Shown piece after piece: positions 46,412-59,100 of a stretch of 64,000 nucleotides of DNA. The notes under the pieces are model-generated. The model saw nothing but the letters and a program-made list of their open reading frames with translations. It was not told the DNA's origin and made no database searches. The stretch lies in the NCBI GenBank assembly GCA_043228905.1, contig JBHGNT010000021.1:10850001-10914000 (forward strand), read 5' to 3'. Each line of letters starts with the position of its first letter. The stretch's first letter is position 1. The position numbers were made by a program, and so were the translations under genes. Source of the stretch: Azolla caroliniana (taxonomy: Eukaryota; Plantae; Polypodiophyta).

Positions 46412-49400
46412 ATCAACCTGCTTCTTGTATCGTTCACTAGCAAGACTAAGCTCCAAGGATAAATCATGATGTAGTTCTTCCAAAATGCGGGCGCAATCCT
46501 CCGCCGAAGGGTTCACGGAAGTGGTAGGAAGGGAAATGTTGAAGCGAGGATGTAAACCATAGTTGGCAAAGAAGGGAGTGACCCCAATCGATGCATGGAG
46601 AGAATTATTGTAGGTGATGTCCGCAAGCGAAAGTAAGTTGACCCAATCATCTTGTTGGTAACTAACCGAGCACCGAAGATACTGCTCAAGGATTTGGTTG
46701 ACACGCTCTGTTTGCCCGTCAGTTTGGGGGTGATAAGCGAAGGACAACTTGACAGAGATGCCTAAAGTTTGTAGTAGGCACTGCCAGAAGTGAGAGACAA
46801 ACTGGGGTTTGCGATCCGAGATGACATCATTGGGGAGTCCATGCAAGTGTACCACATTGTTGAGTAGTAGATGCACCATTCCTTCTCCGGAAATGGTTTT
46901 GGAGCATGGAGTGAAGTGAGCCATCTTCGTAAACCAATCGACAATGACCAACACCAAGTCATAGCTATTGACCAAGGGTAGATCAGTTATCAGGTCCATA
47001 GAGATAGAGGCCCAAGGACGACGAGGACATGGAAGCGGTTGTAGTAAGCCGTATGGCCGATGATGAATATCTTTGGAGCGAGCACAAACCTCATAACTCT
47101 TTATGTATTCTTTGACCAACTTCCATGGTTGTGGCCACCAATAGCCCCGAGAGATTAGCTCGAGGGTTTTCGCGACCCCGAAATGACCTGCAAGTGGGTC
47201 ATCGTGGCATTCCCGCAACACCCAGGTGCGACATGGGCCCTCTAGGACGTATAAGAGATGATCTCGGAACAACAAACCCTCTTGTATGGTGAAGGTGTCA
47301 AGATCCTTCCTTTTGGTCGCCTTGGAGGGGTTTTGCAGACTATCTAGAATCTCGTTAGCGAACGCATCGGTCTTGGATGCATCAGTGATTTGTTGGAGTA
47401 AAGAATCATCCTGCAACATACAACTGGCAAAAAGATGCAATTGGTCGGGTTTCAACAAACGTCTAGATTGTTAAGCATAAGCAGCATCCCCAGGGTGGAG
47501 TGCAAGGTCAGCTCGGCGAGAAAGGGCATCAGCCTTCCCATGTTGGCCATCAGGTCAAAATACGATCTCAAAATCGTAGTCAGCGAGAAATGTCGACCAA
47601 CGGGCCTGCCTTCGATTCAAAGTACGAGTGGTGGAAAAATAAACTAAATTTTTATGATCAGTCACTACCTGGACACGATGTTGTGCGCCGGCCAAGTAGG
47701 GTCGCCATTCTTCAAAGGCAGCAATGATAGCAGCAAGCTCCTTGTCGTAAATGGGATAATTGATTTCGGATGCCGTAAATTTTCTGGAATAGTAAGCCAC
47801 TGGGTGCATTAGGTTGTTGTCGTCTACTTGGGATAAGATGGCACCAATGGCAAAGTCAGAGGCATCGGTTTCGACTTGGAAGGGTTTTGTGGGTCGGCAT
47901 GTAGCAGCACCGGGGCAATGACGAATGCATGTTTGAGTGAGTCGAACGCATTTTGCGCCTCCGAGGTCCATAAAAATGGAGTGCCTTTATGGGTGAGAGC
48001 GATCAGAGGTTGTGCTAGGGTGGAAAACTACTTGATGAAGCAACAGTAAAAATTCGCGAAGCCGAGGAAGGATTGCACATCTTTAAGTCGCCTTGGAGTC
48101 GCCCACGCTTGAATGACAGAGACCTTCTTCATATCCATGGTGATGCCAGTAGGCGAGATGATGTAGCCCAGAAATTCGATCGAGGTACGGTCAAACTCGC
48201 ATTTGTCGCCTTTGGCATAAAGGCCATGCTCGTGAAGTTTGGCAAGAACTAATCGGACTTGGTGAGTGTGCTCCTCCATGTTTGGCAAGAAAATGAGAAT
48301 ATCATCGAGGTAAATGACAACAAAAAGATCAAGATATTCCCGGAATATATCGTTCATCATATGTTGAAAAATTGCGGGAGCGTTAGTAAGACCAAAAGGC
48401 ATTACCTTGTATTCGAAATGCCCATACCGTGTTCGAAATGCGGTTTTCCATTCATCCCCCGGTTTGATGCGTACTAGATTATACACTCCACGCAGATCAA
48501 CTTTGGAGAAGACACGCGCAACTCGGAGCCGATCAAGGAGTTCGGGGATCAGAGGTAGCGGATAGCGGTTGCGCACAGTGAGTTTGTTGAGACCTCGGTA
48601 GTCGATGCATAAGCCTAGAGAGTCATCCTTCTTCTTCACAAATAAAAAGGGGGCTCCGGCTGGTGACTTAGAAGGTTGAATAAATCCTTTCTCGAGGTTC
48701 TCATCGAGATACACATGAAGGGCCTTCAACTCTGCTGCAAACAATGCATATAGAGGACCAAAGGGTGGACACGCACCTTCTTGAAGATCAATCAAACAGT
48801 CGTAGAGCTGGTGTTCAGGCAAACGATCAGCATTACATTTCTCAAATACATCGGAGAAGTGTTGGTATTTTTCGGGAATAACATGGAGTGTGTTAGAAAT
48901 GGCGCCACAAACAAACCCATCCTGGACCGATGATGGGGTAGTCAATTCGAAGTCGACCGTCTCCGAAGGATAGGAAACTGAATTTACCTTCATACTTTTG
49001 CACGAGCATCTTGGCTTGCTAAATGTGATCGAACAGTTGCACCAATGCACTATTGGATTGTGCGCATTCCAACCACGTTAGTCCTAAGACGATCAGATGT
49101 TGAGGAGATGCGATGAGGTAAAAGGCGAGCTCCTCCTGGTGTGAGCCCACTCAAAGCCGTAATGGGATTGTAGCTTGAGTAATTGCACCTAACGAGAGGA
49201 CGCACCCGTCGATGGCTTCAACTGGAATGGGTTTTGAGAGGCCAACGACAGGTACGCCATGTGCTTGGGCCAACGCGACGTCGATGAAGCAAGAAGATGC
49301 CCCAGAATCAAGTAAAGCAATAGACTGAATGGAACTAGAGTTAAACGAAAGCCATACCTCCAATGTGAAATTGCCTAATGGTCCAGCAATGGAACCAAGA

Positions 49401-50068
49401 GAATGTGGGCGACGGGAGATGTCCAGTTGCATGGCTCCTACTACAACCGAACGATGTCGTTTTCCAGATGTTGGGGTCCGTTAGCTCGATCGAATTGTGG
49501 GCGAGTACTCCTAGGACAATGGCGAACGACATGACCGGAGGTGCCACAATACATGCACAAGCCATTAGCCCGCCGAAATTGTCGTTCAACATCAGTCAAT
49601 GGCCGAAATCGGGCTTGATCAATTTCCATGGGGATAGGAGCATCTGCCAAAGTAGGCGAGTGTGAGGATGCCTGGGGTTGTATGACCGGGGCGTGGCGTG
49701 GAAGTGAATGAGGTGGAACCCAAGTTCGGCGCTCTTCTTGGCGAAATTTGAAAAGACGATTGTCACAACGGACTGCTTGTGAAATCTCTTGGGATAACAA
49801 GGTGGGCTCTGGAAAGTTTAAGAGAAGATTCTTGACATTGCTTCGAAGGCCGCGCCGAAAGTGATCAGCTAAAGCTTGATCATCCCAATTGACGTCGCAT
49901 GCTAGTTGTCGAAATTCTGAAGCATAGACTGAAGCTGCACGCGAACCTTGTTCGAGTGCATAAATCTTGTTAAGAGTTGTACGTCGTCGGTCTGTCTCTC
50001 CAAATGTGGCCTCTAACTCGGCGAGAAAGGCGGGAAACTCCTCCAATAGAGGTGATGAGGTTTCTACC

Positions 50069-53000
50069 TGTGGAAAATAGGGGAATATGGAATGGAAAGA
50101 GAGGGAGAGAGAAAGAGAGAGAAAGAGAAGAAGAAAACTGAATTGAATGATAGTTTCTGTCTCTCTTACAACCAACCGACCACACAGAGAGCAAATGTGG
50201 TGGTTATAGGTGCACCCTATTTTTGGGGTGCACCTTTTCATATCATAAGGTTACGTTTTTATTATTTAGTTTCCTATTTATTTATTCTACACTAATTAGT
50301 TTATTACAACAGCCCCCCATAAACTAATTAGTTGTGTATCGTTGTAATCCTAAATTTTCACAACAAGCTTCAAATTTGTCCGAAGGTAGAGCCTTTGTTA
50401 GAAAATCAGCTCACATATGATTTGTCGATGTAAACTCTAAGGTAAGCTTGTTTTCTTCGGCCAACTCTCGTATAAAGTTATATTTTAAATCCACATGTTT
50501 TGTTTTCTCCGAGTGCTTTGGATTCTTCGTTAAGTAGATACATGATATATTGTCGCAGAAGATTTTCAATTGAAGTGCTTCACATAGTTGGAGTTCTTTT
50601 AACACTGTTTGCAACCATAATCCTTCTTTAGCAGCCAATGCCACTGCTACGAATTCAGCTTCAGCAGATGAGAGTGTCATAGATTCTTGTTTTTTTGATT
50701 GCCACGTCACTGTTGCTCCTACCATTATAAAAGAAAAACCAGCAGTAGATCTTCGAGAATCAACGTCCCCCCCCCCAATCCGAATCAGACCAACCAACAA
50801 GTGATTTGATTGGTCTTTCGAATTGGGATCGTTTATATGTTAATCCATACTTAGATGTGTGTTTTAGATATCGCATAACTCGTTGAAGTGATTTCCAATG
50901 CATAAGGTCGGGGTTATGCATAAAGCGCGATAGATAATTAATTGCCAAACAAAGGTCAGGACGAGTTCCTGTGACTAAATATCGAATTTTTCCTATTAAT
51001 TGTTTAAAGGGAAATTGTTGCATAAAATTAATATCTCTTTTTGTGGTTGGACCATCGGATATGCTTAAGTTACATGTTAGTGATAAGGGAGTAGGGCAAG
51101 GTTTAATGTTTAACATTCCAAAGGATTTCAAAATTTCATTAATGAATTTATTTTGATGAATGATCAAGGTGCCCATACTACGATTACGTGTAACTTGCAT
51201 GCCTAGAAAATAAGATAGGGGACCTAAATCTGTTATTGAAAATGCTTTGGAAAGTTCTAGCTTTGCTTGAGTAATTTCAGATGGTGTTCCAACTATAGGA
51301 ATGTCATCCACATATAGTGCTACCACTAACAACCGATTAGATGTATGATTATGTCTAATGTATATATTTGGTTCTGATAACAATCTAGAATAGCCATGTG
51401 AGAGCATAAAATTGTTAAATTTTTGAAACCATAACCTAGGAGATTGTTTGAGTCCTTAAAGTGACCGATGTAACCGACACACATAGTTTGGTTGAGAGTG
51501 TGACTCAAACCCAGGGGGTTGTGACATGTAGATTTCTTCGGGTAAATCACCATGTAGAAATGCCATTTGTACATCCAAATGATGTACCTCAAGATCAAGA
51601 ATGGTGGCCAGAGCCATTAGGAGCCGAAAAGATGCCATGCGAAGAACGGGTGAGAATGTCTCAAAATAGTCAAGTCCTTCAACTTGAGAAAAACCACGAG
51701 CGACAAGTCGGGCTTTGTAACGTGCAACAGTACCATCAAGGTTTAGTTTTTTCTTCAACACCCATTTGCATGAAATAGGTGAGCATCCCATTGGGAGTGG
51801 TACTAGGGTCCACATTTTGTTGGCCTCAAGAGATTCAAGTTCCTTTGCCATGGCAGCTTGCCATTCATTATGATCTGGGCTTTGCAATGCCTCATTGATA
51901 GTTAAGGGATCATCAGACATGTCTGATGTGGTTGAGGGGGAACCAAGAGCCGAAAATGCAAACTCAGGTTCAAATTGATGGTCCGCAACAAGAGCGTCTA
52001 TTTTTTTTGTGTGATCATAAAGATCTTGAATAGTACGAACTTTCTTTGGAGTAGATGTAGAGCTAAGTGAACTAGGTGATTTCACAATGTCAAAACTATT
52101 TGTATGTTCTACATGTTGATTATTAGTGGAATATGAAGTATTTCTACATCCTATTTTAATTACGTTTGCATCATTGTGACCAATGGTTTTCAACTTGCCA
52201 TTAAGACGTGAGGATCGTCGTAGTGGAATAAGGAGATTTTTGATAGGATGGGAGCATGAATAATCAATATGAGTCAGTTCTGTTCCATCTAAAAGTTTTT
52301 CCTTATGAGTGCTATGGTGATTATTAAGGCTCTTTTTACTTTGGTTGGGGTTACTGTGTAAAATTGGAGTGTGTACATCAGTTTGTTGGGATTGTTTGGT
52401 TATTAAAGGCAATAAGTTGGAGTCATTGGTTGAACCTGAGACTTGTGGGAGGACCTCTAGAGATGAGGGCATTAATGGAGGAGAGTTAATTGTGACTTGT
52501 TGAATTTCCGAGGACATTTGTGGAGCCCGCCAAGAATTAGTAGGTGATGATATTACTTTATTGGATTCAGTGTTAGACATCGTAGTCGCGTCTTGTATCT
52601 TTTCATAGCCATGATGTGAATGAGGATTAGATATCAATTTGTCTTCATCAAATATTACTCGTCGGCTAAATATAAATCTTTTGTATTTTGGGTCGTATAA
52701 TCGATAACCCTTATAGCCATGAGGTTCGCTATACCCAACAAATATTGTGCGAACTGCGTGATTATCTAATTTTGATCGAGTTTCTAGCGGTACGAGTGCA
52801 TATGATGGACATCCAAAGATTCTTAGATGTTTATAATTTGGATTTTTTCCAAACCACAAGGAAAATGGAGTTGTCCTAATTGATCGACTATATGTTCTAT
52901 TGAATATATAACAAGCGGTCGAAACAGCCTCTTCCCAATATGTTCGGGGAAGGTTTGCAACGCGAGCATGCAACGAGTGGCATCCATATACAACCGGTTT

Positions 53001-55292
53001 CGTCGTTCAGCCCTTGAATTGTGTTGGGGTGTATATGGAATGGTAAACCGTTGTTGAATCCCATGATTTTGGCAATACGTTTGGAAGTTTTGGGACTTGA
53101 ATTCTCCACCATTATCTGATTGGAGTACTTTAAGGGGTAATTCTTGTTGATTTGTTGCAAGTTTATGATAGGCTTTGAATTTCTCAAGGACTTGATCACT
53201 ACATTTTGTCTTGAGAAATGTGACCATCGTGAAACGAGTAAAATCATCGATAAATGTTAGGAAATATACATTTCCAGATAGGGATGGGGTAGACAAAGGA
53301 CCACATATATCTGTGTGCACTAGTTGGAGGGGTTTAGTGGTCGTGGTAGGATGGGATGGAAATGGCGAGTTAGAGAGTTTTCCAAATATACACCCTTCGC
53401 AAAGGGATAGTTTCGATTTACTAGGAAGAGTAAAACCATCTGCTATATGTTGTCGGGCCATGTGAACCATTGTTTGATGGTTTAAGTGGCCTAATCGATA
53501 GTGCCATAATAAGGCCATATAGTTGGGTGTGTTTGAATCATCCATGTGGTGTGCTTCTTCGGCAGGTACCACAGAGCGACCTAAGAGGTAAAGACATCCT
53601 TGTCTTAGACAGTTAATGACATAGCCTCGTCCAGAGGGTGTCTTATGACGAATGATACAATATTTATGATAAAACTCGACGGATGTATTATCATTTGTGA
53701 GTTTATTGACAGATATCAAGTTTTTTGCTATGTTAGGTATATAGTAAACTTCATTGATTTCAATGAAGTTCCCATCAGAAAGTTCAAGATGGGCCGTCCC
53801 ATGTCCAAGGGCATATTCAACCCCATTGTTCCAGAATCTAACCGGGAAAGGATGCTCTAAGACCTTATAGTCTTTGAGCCATTCAACTCTTGAGGTGAGG
53901 TGACATGTGGCACCTGTATCAAGAATCCACGTTGAAGTGGGAGAGTTATTAAATGAAGTGAGGGCCATGAAGGCAATGAAAGAGTCTTCATTATCCTCAT
54001 CGGAATTTTGGTCACCATGACATATGTCATTATTTTGATCGTAGTCATCACGTGATGCATTGTAAGATTGGTCTTCTTTATATGTTCTTTTCCCATTGTT
54101 AGGATTCCTAGAACAATCTTTTGTTTCATGTCCACTCCTTTGACAATTTGTACAAAAGGATCTAAGAAACCTAGATTTGTTATGATTCCTTGAATCATTA
54201 AATTTAGAAGTCCATGAATAAAATTTGGAGTTATTAGGTTGGTATGTTGATCTAGGTTTATTGTAAGGTTTTTTATTGTAATTTGGATGTTTGTTATAAA
54301 GTGCGGCGTGAGATGAGGAGGGTTGATTTATTCCCCTACGAAGTATATTTTCTTGTGAGATTGATGCCACTAATGTTGGGACACTAATGTTGGCTGATGT
54401 GGACTTTGTACTTATAAATGGTTGCCATGATGGGGGTAGGGCGGCTAACAAGAGGGCGGATTGAACGGAACTTGGCAAACTAAGTCCTGAAAGGATCACG
54501 TCATCAAGTCGAAGTCTCCAATTTTTAACAAATGTATCAACATCATCATTTTCATTCATATTCATATTTATTAAAGTTTTTAAATTTGCAACTTGGGACG
54601 TAATGTCCGTATGGAGGTAATCAGCCTCTAATCTATCCCATATTTGTTTGGAGGTAGTCAAGGTTCTCACACTTTGCTTAGGTGTGTCCTCCATATGAAG
54701 GAGAAGTTCTAAGTGAGCGTATAAATCACGCCGCTTCCATGTTTGCACGTCAAGTGCATTTCTGGGGACATTAATGTCGGGGCACACGTCGGTTCCATCG
54801 ACGATATTTAACAAGTCATGTTGTTCTAATATAATTTCCATGGTCATACGCCACGGTTGATAGTTTTTATCATTTAATTTTTCAATGTGATAAGTACGAG
54901 ACGATACCTGGGCGGCATTTGCCGCCACATTTGCTATCACTCCACCGTTTGACATGGTCGAAAAACGTTTCTTTAATTCACACGTTCGTTATTAACACCA
55001 CGACACAATTCTTATTGGGGTTGGACTCCTTCACCGCTCTAATACCATGTGGAAAATAGGGGAATATGGAATGGAAAGAGAGGGAGAGAGGAAGAGAGAG
55101 AAAGAGAAGAAGAAAACCGAATTGAATGATAGTTTCTGTCTCTCTCTTACAACCAACCGACCACACAGAGAGCAAATGTGATGGTTGTAGGTGCACCCTA
55201 TTTTTGGGGTGCACCTTTTCATATCATAAGGTTATGTTTTTATTATTTAGTTTCCTATTTATTTAGTCTACACTAATTAGTTTATTACAACA
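50069..55292 (-). mobile_element. Element I: full-length Ty1/copia (single gag-pol, few lesions)
   Basis: LTRs 50069-50311 and 55048-55292 (~6 substitutions and a 2-bp indel); TSD CTACC; PBS TGGTATTAGAGC at 55036-55047; PPT ATGGGGGG next to the 3' LTR. Confidence 0.97.
50325..54955 (-). pseudogene. gag-pol: Element I gag-PR-INT-RT-RH with frameshifts and stops
   Basis: CTNCQRSGHETKDC, WILDTGAT, LWHYRLGH..CEGC, VHTDICGP, SDNGGEF, KARLVARGF, LYVDD, WSDSDW. Confidence 0.93.
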
Positions 55293-56078
55293 CTACCAAT
55301 GGTGCAAACCAAGCTTGGGCCGGACCGGAGACAAGGGTGCCCACAAGGCCGACTTGTCGAAGACCATCTCCATAATATTGAGGTTGTAACTGAATGATAA
55401 GTCGAACTTGGTTGATCAACCCTCGGAAACGCAACCTCGTTCCATCAAATTTTTCTGGGAGGCTAACCTTAGGCTCAAGAAACTATGACGAAGCTAGGCT
55501 AGATGTTGGTAGAAGATCGGGCTCTAGGCTAGGTTGTTGTGGGAGACTAAGGTTCGGGGGTTATGAGGATAGGGAGGTACCGACTTGACGTGTTGTCCAG
55601 AGGACAGAAATGTAAATTAGGAAATTAGCGAACGGTGGTAGTGTAACCAAGTAGGTAAGAACGCCAGCGAACACCGAGTCCGAGTATCACGGGCTCGGCT
55701 GTGTATTAGGGAAACATTATTTAAACGAGGTCTAGTACCTCAAAGAGAGGGCAAACAATATAGGCGGAAGCACTAGCATAGTCCATCGTAACTAGATAAT
55801 CCTGTAAGGTCACCGGTCGTAGGCCGTGTTTTGTAATCCTTTTGGTGTTGCAGTAATATATCTGATTTGTGCCCATCTTGCTCCATGTGTCTATGCTTTG
55901 GCTCGTACTTATGATTTCAGCACCGTCCATGCCTATCAAGATCTCACTAGTGTTTTATCTCTGATTATTTTCTTCCTCACGACGCCTCTGTTTACGAGCC
56001 TTCACGTACCACGCCCTTGGATACCGATAGCCGCAAGTCTATCGAAGGTGTTCACCCAAAGGAACGGGTAACACAATT

Positions 56079-56090
56079 TGGCACGCCCGG
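56079..56090 (+). promoter_or_regulatory. Element G primer-binding site, probably tRNA-Arg(UCU)
   Basis: TGGCACGCCCGG, 5 nt after the LTR; complementary to the recalled plant tRNA-Arg(UCU) end ..CCGGGCGUGCCA. Confidence 0.75.
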
Positions 56091-56129
56091 TTACAGCTGT
56101 GAGTGCACAACGAACTTCGTTGAAGGTAA

Positions 56130-59100
56130 CCACTAGCCGCCGTTACGGCGCCCCCTCGCACCACGAGGTCTCGGCCACCTGCCCGATGCCAAGAGCCAGT
56201 CGAAGGAACTTCCGACTCGGCGGTCACTGACCAATCCTTTCCTGAGCAATCAGAGGCTTCCCCAGTGCAATCCTCGCCACCGGACACTTGATCGCGAGTT
56301 GATTCACCACCAAAACCCCCGCCAAGCCCTCCGGAGGTCAATCAACCGGAACTAAACCCTTTCCCGATGCTACCAGAAGACCCAGAGTACGAAATCATGT
56401 CGTACCCATACCCACGATACACCGATGGACCAGACGCGGAGTCACACATCCGTGCCTTCATATCCACGTGGCAGGCCAACCACTCAACGCACCGCCTCAC
56501 GCCGGTTGAAATCGATGCCTCAAAGATTGCCGACTTCACACTCTCCCTCGATGGACCGGCCGCACGATGGTACTCTCACCTCGAAATAGGAGAGGCCACC
56601 ACTTTCCAAATCGTGGCACAAAGTTCCTTGAACTTTTTCATCGCAAGGTGCCTAAATGGGAACTGCTCCGGCAATTCTTCTCTATATGCCAAGAACTGCA
56701 CGAAACAGTCGCGCAGTTCACGATCCGGTTCCAGGATCTCTACAGACAAGTGGCCGATGATGTCTCGGCACAACATATACCGGACACTTTCCTGTCCAGT
56801 TTACGAGAGCCTCTCCGAACGACTCTCGCACTTACAAATTTCGCCAACCATACTATCGAACAAGTCATAGCGCGGGTTCTCGCCCTTGATCGGACCCAGC
56901 ACGGCGCGGCCTTCTCGATGACATCCTTACAAAACGCTCTTCCCCAAGAGGACAATCGCTTTCGCCAAGCTCTCCAATGCACAACGTGTTCAGGATCAGG
57001 GCACTTGGCTCTCAAATGTCCCCACCGACCATAGTGTCCGATCTGTCAGTCTCGAGCTCACACTGTCGAGCAGTGCGAATATAATATGGTGAACCGCACA
57101 ACGGCGGCACCGGTCCGCTAGATCGAGCCAAGAAATACATACTCTCGGTAGGACGAGCGATATGCCTATCGAGACCAGGATAACGACCAACCGCGATCCC
57201 TGGATTGACGGCGCCGAGACGACGACTACCGACGTGATGACCGCCGTGATCACTATCGCGATGATCGGCACGATGATTATGCTCGATATGATGACGATCG
57301 AGATGACCGGTATGACCGATGGAACTCGCGCAATGATCGGCGAAAGAGCAATCGCAACTCACGCAACAATAGAAGACATAATGACAACCGCCGACGGGAC
57401 GCTTCTCAAAATGACCAGCGCCACTCCAACGCACCTCGGACCAACCCACCACCAAACGAGACTGGGAATCAACAGCAACAGCTTCCACACACAGACCGAG
57501 CGGACACCAGCAGCTCGGCCAACGTGACGTGTTTTAAATGTAACCAACCAGGCCACTACGCCACGCAATGCCCAACAACCGACCGTGGCAAAGCACCCGC
57601 AGTGAACAGTATCATGGCCGATGTTCAAACCGTCACTACCCGGAGTAAAGCGCAGACTACACAATGACAAATCCAGGATGAAGTTCATCAGGCAGCAAAA
57701 GAATGGATCGACACGGCCAATAAAAATAATGCCGTGCGAATGCAAACTGACATGAGAGACGGGCCCAGTGGAGCACCACAAACCTCAGTATCATCCACGT
57801 CGTCGGAGGACGACCAGCTATGGGATGCTCTTACCAACTCCCGCATCTCGTTGCCCCTACATAAGTTGTTACCACTCATGCCGAGATTTCGGGACACCCT
57901 GGCTGCACTCCAGGCCAATACTAAGCCCGTAATGCCACCGATTCACCTCAACAAACCAGGCACAGGTCCACCACTCATGGATTCTCAGAACCCAGCCGTG
58001 AAAATCATCATTAAAGGAGAAGACTTGCACGAATGCATCATAGACGGCGGATCTGGCGTAAACGTTATTAGCGAGACAACTTGTCACAACCTCGGCCTAA
58101 ATCAATGGGAACCGTGCCCCTTTTGGCTTCGGATGGCCGACACCCGCTTCGTTCGCCCCATTGGTTTAATCCGCCACCTCGACTTCACACTCAGAGGCCA
58201 CATGTTCACAATCTCGGCTGTCGTGCTAAGACTAGAGACACAAGGCGCCTACCCAATGTTACTAGGTAGACCATGGTTGTGTACAACAAATATCAAGCAG
58301 CATTGGCAACGCAACATGATCTCGTTCCGCCGAGGCAAGACAAAGGTCCGAATTATCACGGAAGAACGCGTCCCTGCGGTCCTCAACACTTCGCCGTTAT
58401 ACGCGGAGGGGGTCCATATGCTCGACGGTTTGGCCGATGAGGAGGTCGATGACTTCCTAGAGGATCATCCCACGATCATCCCACTCTTCGAAATCAACGC
58501 CATACCAACCATCGAGCCACCTAAAGACGAAGAAGTCACGGAGGAATCACTGCCCCAAGATGAACTGGATCCAACCACAGTTGCGGAGCTACGCCATGCG
58601 CGGGATGCTTTCGAATGCAAGCTCGCCATTTCACAACGGGTCAAAGCATCAACATTGGAAACGATAAACCTGGCTCGGATGAGAATCCTCGTACATTACA
58701 AATTGCGAATAATCTACCAACCGGGGAACGGGCATCCCTCGTACGATTGCTCACCGACTACCAAGATGTTTTCGCTTGGTCTTACACCGATATGAAGGGG
58801 CTGGACCCTCAATACTACCAACATCAAATCCACCTCTTACCCGACACTCGGCCGGTTCAGCAAAGGCGCTACAGGATGAACCCCAACTACGCCGCTAAAG
58901 TTAAAGAGGAAATCGACAAACTACTCCGAGTTGGTTTCATTCGCCCTGTCAAACGAGCCACGTGGTTAAGCCCAATCGTAGTCGTCCCAAAGAAGAACGG
59001 AAAAATCCGAGTCTGCGTCGACTATTGGAAGCTTAACGCGGCCACGGTGACCGACGGTTTCCCTCTCCCATTCACAGACAACGTCCTCGACACGGTAGCA

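Larger units (their letters stand above)
45516..55590 (-). mobile_element. Element F: degenerate chromovirus (Tcn1-like Ty3/gypsy), interrupted by I and cut in gag by G
   Basis: gag LPEKFDG..AWF (55300-55477) and GLCMYCGTSGHVVRHC; PR LLDSGAS; RT YLDD; RH ETDASDFA; INT; chromodomain EEYEVDQILD..QYLVLWRGYP..WEP. PPT GGAGGGGGGA at 45720-45729; 3' LTR from 45716 leftwards (left limit approximate). Confidence 0.9.

Noticed and set aside
49441-50241. 266-aa ORF as a real fusion gene
   Set aside because: Its first ~57 codons read through the LTR of element I into the interrupted F gag; the true gag continues at 55298
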